Part shown: positions 37,301 through 48,160 of the stretch, one piece after another
Numbering within the stretch: the first letter of the stretch is position 1
How the letters are laid out: the number at the start of each line of letters is the position of its first letter
DNA from: Owenia fusiformis
Lineage: Eukaryota
NCBI GenBank assembly: GCA_903813345.2
Contig: CAIIXF020000001.1
Span: 28,148,001-28,212,000 of the forward strand
Direction: 5' to 3'
Length of the DNA: 64,000 nt
Notes under the pieces: generated by a model
The model's input: the letters and a program-made list of their open reading frames with translations, nothing else
What the model was told of the DNA's origin: nothing
Databases searched by the model: none
Translations under genes and position numbers: made by a program

Positions 37301-40300
37301 AGATCAGTTTCAAGTTTTCAGGGATGATTCTTAGTATGAAAATCTAGATCTGATTAGTTTTTGGGCATTCTGGGTAAATGTCAAGGCAGCCATTTTGGAT
37401 TTTCTGTCCTAAAATCTCATCTGTAAAGTATTGTCTACACATTTCCAGGTGAACTGTTTGGTAGATCAATTTCAAATTTTCAGGGATGATTCTTAGTATG
37501 AAAATCTAGATCTCATTAGTTTTTATGCATTCAGGATAAATGTCAAGGCAGCCATTTTGGATTTTCCGTCTTAAAATCTTGCCCGTAAAGTCTTGTCTAC
37601 GCGTTTTTAGGTGAACCGTTAGGTAGATCAATTTCAAATTTTAAGGGATGATTCTTAGTATGAAAATCTAGATCTGATTAGTTTTTGGGCATTCTGGGTA
37701 AATGTCAAGGCAGCCATTTTGGATTTTCTGTCCTAAAATCTTGTTTGTAAAGTTTTGTCTACGCATTTCCAGGTGAACCGTTTGGTAGATCAATTTCAAA
37801 TTTTCAGGGATGATTCTTAGTATGAAAATCTAGAACAGATTAGTTTTTTGGAATTCTGGAATTATTACACCAAAAGAAGTGCGGAAATGGCCTTTTCACG
37901 TGTTGGCATAAAGTTTTGATGACATTTAAAGACATAGTTCCTCTTTCACGTATATTATCTCATGGAAATGGGCATACCAGGGCAAAGATCTTTGTTCCGT
38001 GGTGAAGAAAAGCCATCAAACATTGTCTGAAGAGCAGATTTATCTCCGTAATTCTACTTTTAACATGGCGACCTTGACCTTGAAAAAATATAGCCATTTG
38101 GGCGATAATAGGTGATTCAAAAGTGAAAATTAGTGCTTTTTTCGTAGTTTTACTTTGACCAAGCCTAGAAAAAAATTGAAGTGGTAAACCTACCCCCAAT
38201 TTTTGATATTTTTGTTGTCTAGAAGTGTCCTAGATGATATCAAAGTTTAAGAAAATATGTATGTCTAGAAATATTTTATAAATTAGAGCCAATATGGTGG
38301 GTTTAGGTGTTTTTTTGCTCTCATTTCTTACCCCATTTCTACGGTTGCCATGGCAACTATTAGGCTTTGGTAACCATGCCAACTTGATTTTTGAAGGACA
38401 TCCACCTGATAGTAGTTGGGCCAAGTTCGATGGAAATTGGGCCTGGTTTGATATGATGACAGTGAGGTTGATTGTGGCATGTAGTAAAACGGCAAAACAA
38501 TGGTGGAGTCATACCATTATTTTGCCACATTTTGATGCTTAATTGTCATTTTATAATCGTTTGGTACCATCGTGACGTCACAATATAGCGTCTGACCTCA
38601 TGATATGGGTACCAAATTGAAGCGGACGTGACAAGCTTTAAGATGGTACCAAACATGTGACCATTCATTTGATTCAAATGCTAACTTGAATAAGCCCAAA
38701 AGGTGTGTCACTCCCCTACCCCATCCATTTTTCAGGCCAGTGAAAAACACCAAAATCTCAAATAACACAGGCATCTTCAGGGATCGTTTTTTGGTCCCGT
38801 TTTATTCAAAATATCATGTTTCTGGATACCATTTTTATCAGAAATGTCTCAATTACCTAAAAACAGTTACACTAGTGCTGGATAAGAAAACATGTCCCCA
38901 TTATTTTGCCACATTTTGATGCTTAATTTTCATTTTATAATCGTTTGGTACCATCGTGACGTCACAATATAGCGTCTGACCTCATGATATGGGTACCAAA
39001 TTGAAGCGGACGTGACAAGCTTTAAGATGGTACCAAACATGTGACCATTCATTTGATTCAAATGCTAACTTGAATAAGCCCAAAAGGTGTGTCACTCCCC
39101 TACCCCATCCATTTTTCAGGCCAGTGAAAAACACCAAAATCTCAAATAACACAGGCATCTTCAGGGATCGTTTTTTGGTCCCGTTTTATTCAAAATATCA
39201 TGTTTCTGGATACCATTTTTATCAGAAATGTCTCAATTACCTAAAAACAGTTACACTAGTGCTGGATAAGAAAACATGTCCCCATTATGGAATTATTACA
39301 CCAAAAGTAGTGCGGAAATGGCCTTTTCACGTGTTGGCATAAAGTTTTGATGACATTTAAAGACATAGTTCCTCTTTCACGTATATTATCTCATGGAAAT
39401 GGGCATACCAGGGCAAAGATCTTTGTTCCGTGGTGAAGAAAAGCCATCAAACATTGTCTGAAGAGCAGATTTATCTCCGTAATTCTACTTTTAACATGGC
39501 GACCTTGACCTTGAAAAAATATAGCCATTTGGGCGATAATAGGTGATTCAAAAGTGAAAATTAGTGCTTTTTTCGTAGTTTTACTTTGACCAAGCCTAGA
39601 AAAAAATTGAAGTGGTAAACCTAACCCCAATTTTTGATATTTTTGTTGTCTAGAAGTGTCCTAGATGATATCAAAGTTTAAGAAAATATGTATGTCTAGA
39701 AATATTTTATAAATTAGTGCCAATATGGTGGGTTTGGGTGCTTTTTTGCTCTCATTTCTTACCCCATTTCTACGGTTGCCATGGCAACTATTAGGCTTTG
39801 GTAACCATGCCAACTTGATTTTTGAAGGACATCCACCTGATAGTAGTTGGGCCAAGTTTGATGGAAATTGGGCCTGGTTTGATATGATGACAGTGAGGTT
39901 GATTGTGGCATGTAGTAAAACGGCAAAACAATGGTGGAGTCATACCTTCTGGATAAATGTCAAGGCAGCCATTTTGGATTTTCGGTCCTCAAATCTTGTC
40001 TGTAAAGTCTTGTTTACATGTTTTCTGGTTAACTGTGTGACGGATCAATTTCAAATTTTCAGGGGTGCTTCTTAGTATGAAAATCTAGAACTGACATATT
40101 GGATTTTCCGTCCTCAAATTGTGTCGTTAAAGTCTTGTCTACTCATTTTTAGGATAACCATTTGATGGGATCACCCATAGGTGGGGACATTTTGTACACA
40201 TTTGTGTTCTTCTATCATTTATCTTGAATAATACATCTATATTTGGAAGAAATTTATTGAAATAGAAGTAAGGGATTTTATTGTACATGTTTTGATTATG

Positions 40301-41453
40301 CAAACGGGGGATCCATGCTGCTTTAAGTGCATGTATTTGAGACTCTAAGTCAATCATATTTATTCCACCCTTATTAATGTTATTTATGATTATAGATCTT
40401 CTTATTTTGTCCTTTTTTCCATCCCATAGAAATTTAAATACAAGATTGTTTACTTTTTTTATAATCTCATGTGGCATAGATAATACTGATGCTGCATAAA
40501 TTAATTTTGGAATTGCCAGTGATTTAATCACTGTAACTTTGCCAAAAAGTGTTAAAGTATCAGTTCTTCCAGCTGTCTAATATTTTTTCTACTTTTTTTA
40601 CTCTATCTTCCCAGTTTAATTCATAACATCTTTGTTTGTTGTGTCCTAAAAAGATTCCTAAATATTTGATTGGTTCATCAGTAAAAGTTATATTTTCACA
40701 TTTCTTTTCAAAGTCCTTATTTTTTCCAAGCCGTAGGCCTTCAGTTTTTTCTATGTTTAACTTCAGACCAGAAAATTTTGAGAAATTGGAAATAGTATTA
40801 AGAGCATTTTTCAATGACTCTTTATCTTTAATGAAAAGTGAAGTATCGTCCGCATATTGGGACATCTTATATTCTTTACCATCAACAGTTATACCTGATA
40901 TATTTTCTCATTATTGAATGATCTTCTTAAATTGTTGTTTAGATAAAAATAGTTCAATAGGACATGGTGTACCTACATGAATATTGCATTTTTAACTTAG
41001 AAATTTAAAGAAATTACATTTTCCTAGAGATTTAGAGAAATTACATTTTCCTTCCAAGATATGCTCTTGTGGTCAATAATCCAAAAACATTCAGAAATAT
41101 AATTCTCAAATTGGGATTTTTTTTAACAATTTAGGAAGAAGAGAGCATTCCTTGACAAAGAAAATGTGATTGCAAAAGCGATATAAGTTTATCATTGTTT
41201 GCACCATCGAACAATATTCTACCATAATTGAGAAAGTTATTAAAAAACTAAAGGACTGCAGTTTTATCGTATGACGTTGTCTTCCAGGTATTTATCCCTT
41301 CTGCGGGACACTGATGGTGATGACTACTCACGGAACAGATTTACAGACCTCAGAACATCAAACTTCAAATTTGTATTGATCACTAAGAACCCATACCCGT
41401 CAAAGGACATGATTGAGAACTTCTATGTGATACGAACAGATGTATCAAGTTGA
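22214..41453 (+). CDS. IQANK1: IQ motif and ankyrin repeat domain-containing protein 1-like, 14 coding exons, 1743 nt, ~580 aa
   Basis: Fourteen exons join in consistent phase from ATG to TGA. They give an IQ motif (AARKIQTGARGYLARK), a coiled coil, ankyrin repeats (NTPLSEAS, GADPN, RTPLYRAAFAGH) and the family C-terminal region (DVGNKIKDSGKWPMIID...[11 protein letters not shown]...LALLGAIRYGKPFVID). Confidence 0.9.
22530..23564. mobile_element. Old TIR element in intron 1 (diverged MITE)
   Basis: Degenerate inverted ends: TATTGGTCAGAATTTTATAATTAGGGTCTTATTTT versus AAAATGAGACCCTTATTGTGGAATTCTGAACAATA. Confidence 0.45.
23673..24668. mobile_element. ~1-kb foldback MITE in intron 1
   Basis: TAGAGTCCATTTCACTG...CAGTGAAATGGACTCTA; the arms stay complementary to near the centre (mirror-image ORFs 23958-24179 and 24068-24322). 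Confidence 0.85.
24685..24783. mobile_element. 99-bp palindromic mini-element with 9-10-bp TSD
   Basis: TAACCAAAC...TGGCCCAGTTATCTACTCC...GGAGTAGATAACTGGGCCA...GTTTGGTTA, flanked by GATGTAGTTT and GATGTAGTTC. Confidence 0.75.
25294..25645 (+). mobile_element. Miniature LTR retrotransposon (TRIM) with a tRNA-like sequence in the LTR, Helenus-like
   Basis: LTR1 25294-25501 (TGTAATGACC...GGTCGTTACA); PBS TGATGTCAGAAGTGGGAT 25503-25520; PPT AGGGGGATGG 25559-25568; truncated LTR2 from 25569; tRNA-like segment 25346-25416 with A and B boxes. Confidence 0.85.
25964..26172. mobile_element. Short hAT-like MITE just upstream of exon 2
   Basis: CAGGCTCATAGCCAG...CTGGCTACGGG inverted ends; the right end is eroded. 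Confidence 0.45.
26199..26404 (+). CDS. IQANK1: IQANK1-like exon 2 (IQ motif)
   Basis: TTTCAG acceptor, GAG|GTAAGC donor; encodes AARKIQTGARGYLARKK. Confidence 0.92.
26558..26722 (+). CDS. IQANK1: IQANK1-like exon 3
   Basis: TTCTAG acceptor, GAG|GTAC donor; ALIQVVRMQQEE...MLESAFDGDVDDMEAILKE. Confidence 0.92.
27877..28006 (+). CDS. IQANK1: IQANK1-like exon 4
   Basis: TTACAG acceptor, A|GTTAGT donor; VGDIDD...ECEDANENTPLSEAS. Confidence 0.92.
28353..28477 (+). CDS. IQANK1: IQANK1-like exon 5 (ankyrin repeat)
   Basis: TTCAAG acceptor, CAG|GTGAGT donor; GGSMDAVKFLIERGADPNHQGQFLRTPLYRAAFAGHLDVCQ. Confidence 0.92.
28902..28975 (+). mobile_element. 5' fragment of a Helentron-associated (HINE/DINE-1-like) element
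   Basis: TTTTTGGCTTACACAGTGAGCCTA short hairpin followed by a (CCGT)n microsatellite. Confidence 0.55.
29003..29065 (+). CDS. IQANK1: IQANK1-like exon 6
   Basis: TTGTAG acceptor, CAT|GTGAGT donor; MLLQHGADPRIYASDGQSPQH. Confidence 0.9.
29417..29556 (+). CDS. IQANK1: IQANK1-like exon 7
   Basis: ATTTAG acceptor, AA|GTAAGC donor; IASLDAVVELLTEWDISQTE...EKKRREAETN. Confidence 0.9.
30096..30150 (+). CDS. IQANK1: IQANK1-like exon 8
   Basis: TTGCAG acceptor, CAT|GTAAGT donor; LEGSLAEIQKEFESKQKH. Confidence 0.88.
30616..30708 (+). CDS. IQANK1: IQANK1-like exon 9
   Basis: TTTCAG acceptor, CAG|GTAGAT donor; LNSAYCELNKRITEHD...ITLQ. Confidence 0.9.
31106..31220 (+). CDS. IQANK1: IQANK1-like exon 10
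   Basis: TTTCAG acceptor, G|GTAAG donor; CIHDQE...AKLRLREQQMNNA. Confidence 0.9.
31475..32183. mobile_element. pogo/Tigger-like MITE interrupted by a TTAA-flanked (Kolobok-like) element at 31586-32096
   Basis: TA|CAGTAAAATCTG...CAGGTTTCACTG|TA with GTGTTCCACTT repeats; nested TTAA|AGCAGATATGAAAT...ATTTCAGTTGTCCT|TTAA; an uninterrupted relative lies at 50991-51148. Confidence 0.75.
32212..32308 (+). CDS. IQANK1: IQANK1-like exon 11 (GC donor)
   Basis: TTTCAG acceptor; LGDDLPGLKVTVRELDDVLVRDVGNKIKDSG; donor AA|GCAAGT. Confidence 0.88.
32563..32766. mobile_element. Tc1/mariner-type MITE
   Basis: TA|CTGTATAAGTGGTA...TACCACTTATACAG|TA. Confidence 0.75.
32866..33000 (+). CDS. IQANK1: IQANK1-like exon 12
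   Basis: TTTTAG acceptor, AG|GTGGGT donor; [28 protein letters not shown]...LALLGAI. Confidence 0.92.
33473..33601 (+). CDS. IQANK1: IQANK1-like exon 13
   Basis: TTTTAG acceptor, AA|GTAAGG donor; YGKPFVIDMMELDLWEQ...GLLKSILDKSIIQNE. Confidence 0.9.
33576..33920. repeat. 5 x 69-bp tandem repeat spanning the exon 13 donor site
   Basis: Near-identical units start at 33576, 33645, 33714, 33783 and 33852. Confidence 0.97.
36738..37860. repeat. 162-bp tandem array (~7 units; resumes at 39947-40140)
   Basis: GTCAAGGCAGCC recurs at 36894, 37056, 37218, 37380, 37542 and 37704. Confidence 0.95.
37861..39946. repeat. A-B-B-A direct-repeat block (A ~660 bp, B 384 bp) inserted in the 162-bp array
   Basis: A copies are offset by 1431 bp and B copies by 384 bp (visible as duplicated ORFs); flanked by TTCTGGA on both sides. 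Confidence 0.9.
41288..41453 (+). CDS. IQANK1: IQANK1-like exon 14 (terminal)
   Basis: TTCCAG acceptor, phase 2 matches exon 13; YLSLLRDTDGDDYSRNRFTDLRTSNFKFVLITK...TGA. Confidence 0.9.
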
Positions 41454-44021
41454 GACTAACCAATCTGCTGTTTTCAATTTTTACTGATCAGTATTAATGT
41501 TAAATTAGCAAAGATATATATAAAAGTAAAACAATGCCAAGCTTAAAAGTGAACGTGATTCTAAAGGCAGTATTTTTTGCGGTGTTTGGCCTTGTATGAC
41601 GTCTAGCATAATGATTTTAGAGAATCTGTTTTTACCAATCTGTTTTAAAGATGGCATGGTGGTCTGTTGGACAGATTCTTTTTCTCAAATTCAGTGTATC
41701 AAAAAAACAGAACATTAAAAAGTATCTTTGAAGAATTCATGGGCTTTCTAGTTGAAAACCCATGAAAAATTGCAGCATTATTTTGGTTGAAATGTCACTA
41801 CTGGAATGATGAAAGCTTATTGTTATTTCAAAGTGTAAATGTTGTATGTCAGTGTTCACCAACTGATGTCAGTGCTTCCTGCTGTGATGTCAGTGTTTTG
41901 GGAATGTTATGTGATAAAGAACCTCTTTTAATATATTTTAATATTTTGAAGAAAGGAATATGTAAATAATGTGTGACCTCAAGTTGAAAAATTATACATA
42001 CAATTCAGGCAACTTTGTCAGATACAGATATAGAAAATATTCATGCTAAACTTTAAATGGTAAAGCTTGGAAGGCAGCGGCATATCCTACTTATAATATA
42101 TTAAATACTAAATAATAGGACATTAGACATTAAAGTCAATGTACATAATGAGTGTATAAATGTAAATGAAATATCATGTATTAATATAAGTCTATGTATG
42201 AAGTGTACCATTCATTATATAGGCCCTATAGGCATTATATAATTTATACGTCTTCTGCCATCTTTATTTTGTTACCCAGTTTTATTTGAACAAATCCAAT
42301 ACCTGCTATTTGTTACAGTTATTACAGCTATTATTGTATAAAAGACAAATGCCCACATAATGTAACACTACAGATATGTGTCAGCAATTCTGTGGTCCAG
42401 TATATGTCAAAATCATATGACAATACAGTCCGGTAGGATAGTGTATACATATTACTATATCATGTAATCCGTCAATATTATCCGTTAATATGATGAACCT
42501 TGATATAGGATAATATCAAGTTTAAGTATTTCTCATAATGCTTTTGATTTATTGCTTCATTTTCTGTGAAATGTTCACAGTTATATACAGTTTATGAAAT
42601 ATATTTCTAAACTTAATCTGATCTTAGCATAGTATTAGTTATATTGTTGCCCTGGTACCCATTTGCACGGGCATGCAGGCAAGTTGAGTGATTAACATAG
42701 AATTATGTTTTAATGGAATTCAGTTTTTAACTTTGTTGCATTTTTGCTCAGTTTTTTTAATTAGATGGTCATACAGCTTTGAGATGTCATATTCGAGAAA
42801 TTCTCCAAGGAATGAATACATTTTAGGGTTGTGACAAAGTTGAAACAATGTTGAATAAAAAAAACTACAAGAGGCCACTCTTACAGAATAGTAGCCATGA
42901 GCAAAAAATAAACTATAATGTATGAAAGTATGAAAAATCTGGTCTTTTTGAAGCAGTCCATGCCAGCCCAAGTGTTGATTACACCAAGTGTCAGGCCTTC
43001 CTTGTGTGTTAAAAAAATTACGAAAATAAACTAACTTTAAAAAACTTAAGAAACATAAGTGTTCAGAGGTCAAAGAAGCTGTGGGAAGTCCGAGTAGGAA
43101 AAGACTTTTGGTCAAAACACAGCAAAATCAAGAGTGGCTTTTTTATGTTGGACTGTGTATGATGCATATAAAGATATTTTTTCTTCGTAGTATTGCTCTA
43201 TTTTGACAAAATGATAGCTGCAGATTGTCAAGAAAAGTTGACTTAATAAGGTCAAATATATGTTTAGATTGTAATAAGATTGTAATATAAGTTTAAAAAT
43301 ACATTATTGGCACTGCTTTGGAACATCCTGTATAAAGTATTATATTTTCATTGCTAGTACATTGCACTAGTTCTTGTTGCATTGCTTCAATAGATGAATT
43401 AAAGAGCAAAATCCAAGAGGATTTGACTCATAAATCTTTGCATACTTTACCTCTTCACAATTGAAGGTATATTTATAGCATATGAGCCATATGAGCCTCA
43501 CAAATTGTCCAGAGTCATTTTTAAGTTAAGTATATAAAATGTTTATCATATCATAATCATGTATGGAGCCTATAGGTATGAGTCAGGGATAAAGTGAACT
43601 GAAAATTGTGAGTTTAAATGTTTTTGATTTGCAACTTTGAAAATGAATTTCAACAGAACTATACCTTTTCACTCATATTTGCTGGGCCATGCCCTTAAAG
43701 ATTTGCATTTTATATGTTTTGTATTTAAAATCAAGTGTAGGTTGGTATATATTGTTAGATTGTCATTATATATACCTGTGTGTGTATAAGACCCCATCAC
43801 CTGAACATCAGTAGCAAAATGGTAGAATATTTGTACAGAATCATTGTAGGGTCAGAAACTAAATTAAAGTCATTTTACCCCCTCCCTCTAACCCCAATAA
43901 ATCTTATGAACATCTAGTCATGTTTTTAATTGGAATATTTTTTGATGTTTTTCAAATAAAAATCATTTCATCTCTTTCAATTGTTTCAACCATTTCATTT
44001 GTCCCCCACCCCTCCAAGAGT

Positions 44022-45043
44022 CACGCCCGGTGATCGTGAATATGGGACGGAGGGGGGGAGCAGGCAATTTCTGCTAGGAAATTCAACAAATCTGGAAGAT
44101 TTATTTTTTCAAGAAAAAGTTTACTATTGAATTGCTAAATGGATAGGCGCACGGTATGGTAGAATATGTTAGGTTTTCTGGGATTTTTTTCTGAAACGAT
44201 ACGCATCTAAGGTATGAGATCTATTAAAAAAGGCGCAAGGCCATCAACAGGCACAAATCAACGTTTTTGCTATAAATCAAGCAACAATGGTCTGGACGAC
44301 CTGTAATAAATACTTGTAAGTGATGTTATCATAACTAAATTAATGTCATTGCTGAATTTATAAAATAAGTTTCCATATGTGAAATAAAAAATAATCGAAA
44401 ATAATGAATTTGGGACGGAGGGGGGGAGGGGACGGAGGGGGGGAGCAATATGTATATAAGACATGATTAGAGATGTTTCGCGACTTTAAGTCCTTTTACT
44501 CCAAATGTCCCCATTTTTCAGTCTCCAGGGGTATATCATCCAGTTTCTTACTAAGTTAATGAGTTCATTTTTCAAATACAAGAATTCGTGTGAAGTTGTT
44601 TCACTTTATAGAATTACTACTCCCCCCCTCCGTCCCCTCCCCCCCTCCGTCCCATTTTAATTATTTTCGATTATTTTTTATTTTACGTATGGAAACTTAT
44701 TTTATAAATTCAGCAATGACATTAATTTAGTTATGATAACATCACTTACAAGTATTTATTACAGGTCGTGTAGTCCATTGTTGCTTGATTTATAGCAAAA
44801 ACTTTGATTTGTGCCTGTTGATGGCCTTGCGCCTTTTTTAATAGATCTCATACCTTAGATGCGTATCATTTCAGAAAAAATCCCAGAAAACCTAACATAA
44901 TCTACCATACCGTGCGCCTATCCATTTAGCAATTCAATAGTAAACTTTTTCTTGAAAAAATAAATCTTCCAGATTTGTTGAATTTCCTAGCAGAAATTGC
45001 CTGCTGCCCCCCCTCCGTCCCATATTCACGATCACCGGGCGTG
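44022..45043. mobile_element. Young Transib-like foldback MITE
   Basis: CACGCCCGGTGATCGTGAATATGGGACGG...CCGTCCCATATTCACGATCACCGGGCGTG with ~420-bp nearly perfect arms; 5-bp TSD AGAGT (44017-44021 and 45044-45048). Confidence 0.92.
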
Positions 45044-46679
45044 AGAGTACTCCATCCCAGAATAATGTTTCACAAATTTTGCCTTTGAAATATTCAAATG
45101 AGGTTAAGTTTTGAAGAAAATAGCATGATTGTAAGCTTTATATGTTTATTCTATTTCAAAAGTAAAACAATTACCTAATGAAAATAGCAAAATGGCTGAA
45201 ATGTAAAAGAGCTTGAACATTTTTCTTGTAAGCAGTCACCTGTACATACTAATAAATTCAACTGAAATGTTTTGATTTTGGTTTCATTTAAAAAGACTAG
45301 GTTGTTTGCTTCAATTTCTAGCAGTTGACATTCTAATTTATTAAAGGGGCACATAAAAGCTTGCGAAACTGACTTGTCTGGTGAAAATGTAAATGTTGCT
45401 GATATGCTGTGCAAGGGGGTGTCCTGGGTGCTAATGATTGAAGGTTGAGACGTAATCATTTGCCTGTTATTGTTGTTATATGGTTGCTCAAAGTACATGT
45501 TGTTGATATTATTGACAATAGGTGTCTTATCTTAATTTGTTGTTAGATACCCAATGTAAACATACACATATACGTAATAAAAATAACAAAAACTGAAGCA
45601 TTTAGCTTATATTTTCATTAGCGAAGTTAGCTGTATATAATGTAGAATTAATATGCAGTTTAAATTCCCACAACCTTGGTGTCTGGCACAATTAACAACT
45701 TCAATAAAGTTGACTATATTTACGTATTTGCGTCATTGTGGTACAAAAACTATAGTTACATAACATCCATATGCAGGAGGGTGCAAAGGGTGTTCATTAA
45801 AATGCAACAGTTTGACTATCAAAGTGAAAAATATTCTATGGGGAACATTTCCCCAGACCTCCATTTTTCGAACTTCACAATCGGTCTTGGTGGCATTATT
45901 ACTCATGCTCAAATTTACCCCCCCCCCACAACACTACATTTATTCTCAAATTATAAATCTCCACATGTCAAAGCACATGAGGAAAATATATTCTCAAAAA
46001 GAAAGGAATAATGGACAACTAAAGTCAAACATGGTAAAAAATGTCTAAAGCAGGCTGGAATTAATAAAGTAAAACACTTTTTAAAATGTAAATATACATT
46101 TTGATCATATGATTAAATAAACTTAACATCAAAGCTTGTGGCTATTCCCATAAATTACAATATTCATGGCAATTTGTAACTATTGTTTACACATTTTAAG
46201 GCACCTTAATATAATAATATAAAACAATATGTAGTAAAAATGGTATATGCCCGGAAATGCCCTTTTCTGCATCTTAATTACAAATGTATCTTCAATATCT
46301 TCTATTTTTGATCAAATATCTTGTTCTTTTTCAGAAAATAAAATGAAGATTGCAATGGAAACATTGACATGCTTTTCGAAAAATATTACTTCAAACATGT
46401 TACACTCTCTAATCTTTGATGCCTCTTTAACATAAAGGACTTTTAAAAATGGTTCTTCTTACATAATGTAACATAATGTCCACTGACTTGACAGTTTTTT
46501 ATTGACCATTAAAATCATTTTTGTTTTTCCATGAAACTTGGTAAAACATAACCGTTAATTGAAATTTAAAAATATATAAAACAGGCTTTTACTTACAGAG
46601 TGTCTGGATCAAAAATGATATATAAATAATTTCTATTAAATCTTACATAAGAGTGTATTGAACTGGTTTAATAGGGTTA

Positions 46680-46760
46680 ATGCATTCTGTTAATGCATTC
46701 TCTTATTGCATTCTGTTAGTGCATTCTGTTATTCCATTATGTCTTTGCATTCTGTTATTG
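46680..46760. repeat. 13-bp minisatellite, ~6 copies
   Basis: Repeats of (A/T/G)TGCATTCTGTTA. Confidence 0.8.
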
Positions 46761-48160
46761 ATGCAGACATAAATAGTTCAAACTTAAAGTTCTCAAAAAT
46801 ATTGAAATAAAATCATGTTCTCAATTTCAATGAATATAATAAATATCATTGCCTTTTATTACATCGTCTATTAATGTCTAATTAGTGAATACAGAGTTCA
46901 CGTTTTATATGCTTTACAGTCATCACAGCTGGCTTTGTGCGAAACAAAAAAAGCTTGTATAGCCTTGCTTAGCACATTTTTCTCATTTACATACAAGTCA
47001 AAATGTCATTTAGAGCCAAGAAATCAATATTTTCAAGCCGAAGCTAGAACTAATCATTCTGTCACTATTTGAGAAGCCAAAAGAAGTTCACTTTAAACTG
47101 ATTTAATTTACATTGAAATGAATGATGTGATCATTTTTCCCTTATGCGAAGCTCCATCGGGAAAATATATGCATTGAAATTTCACTAAATCATACTTAGG
47201 AGACTAATAATGCAACCATTATCCTATGATGGATTTTAATCCGGAATTTACTGGGATGATATTTTTCTCGATTCAATCAGATTTGTATTTTCTGATTAAA
47301 CTGCCTACTGCCATACTATTAGTTAAGCTTGAGATTGAAAAATATCAAATTGTGTTTGCTAAGGGTATAATTTAATGTAGCGTAATCACGATCAATATTT
47401 TCTTATTTTATATTTCAATGTTCCTCCGGACACAGGAAACCTTGCGAATCTCTCTCAATTTGCAACAAATTATTACTGTTATTAAACAGGCCTAGTCCAT
47501 TTATTATCAAGTAAACATTGTAAACATATAATTATTTTCAAATAAACGTGGATTCCTACGTGGATTCTTTCAAAGCATTTTAAAGAAATTCAACCTAGAT
47601 GACCAAGTCACATGAAAATGAAATAATTAATTGATAAATAGAGAACAATGGTTATAGGTTATAGTACATCATTTGTTAATTAATTTTTTTTAATTTCATG
47701 AATTTATTATTGATTTTTTTTTTGATAACATCTAATATCCATATGTAATGGTATAATGATTGTCCTTGTACGTATTAAATGTAAATTAGCATCCTGTGAT
47801 AACACCAGCAATTACATTTATTTGAATATTTTAATAAACGCCTACATATACATGTATATATTTTTATTATAGATTCTAACCAAACAGGCAGAGTAGTGAG
47901 GGGGTTATATTTAAAGGAACTTGTTTTTGTAATTTCCGGTTATGTACATAATGATTCCATTAGGCTTCCAATATAGTCATTAATTGCACTATCTGACATT
48001 TGGAATGAATTAAAAATAAAAAAATTGATTATATAGTTGATCATATTATTATGACACAAAAACTGAACTGAACCAAGTGGAATAAATCAGAATGTCTGCC
48101 TGCTCTTATGAAAAAAAGATAGTGGGGTTATTCATAAGTTTTGCATTGTGAAGTTGTTGT

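Larger units (their letters stand above)
36161..40210 (+). mobile_element. Helentron-associated non-autonomous element (HINE) with an internal 162-bp tandem array
   Basis: 5' subTIR ATGTCCCCACC with nearby inverted repeat, (CCGT/CTGT)n microsatellite, 3' subTIR GGTGGGGACAT and ACACATTTGTGT hairpin; excising it restores the LINE frame (INDR|RFKEFEN). Confidence 0.88.
35083..40901 (-). mobile_element. 5'-truncated L1/Tx1-clade LINE, split into 40211-40901 and 35083-36160 by a nested insertion
   Basis: RT motifs SQYADDT, SGLKLNIEKT and PIKYLGI; then FKFLWDGK, GGINMID and IWGNKLF; C-terminal CSLC...HLLFSC knuckle; AATAAA plus A-rich tail near 35083-35115; stops and frameshifts; possible TSD ATTTTCT (35076-35082 and 40902-40908). 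Confidence 0.92.

Noticed and set aside
36945-40075. Duplicated ORFs of 64-116 aa
   Set aside because: They are products of the 162-bp array and the A-B-B-A block; no recognisable domains.
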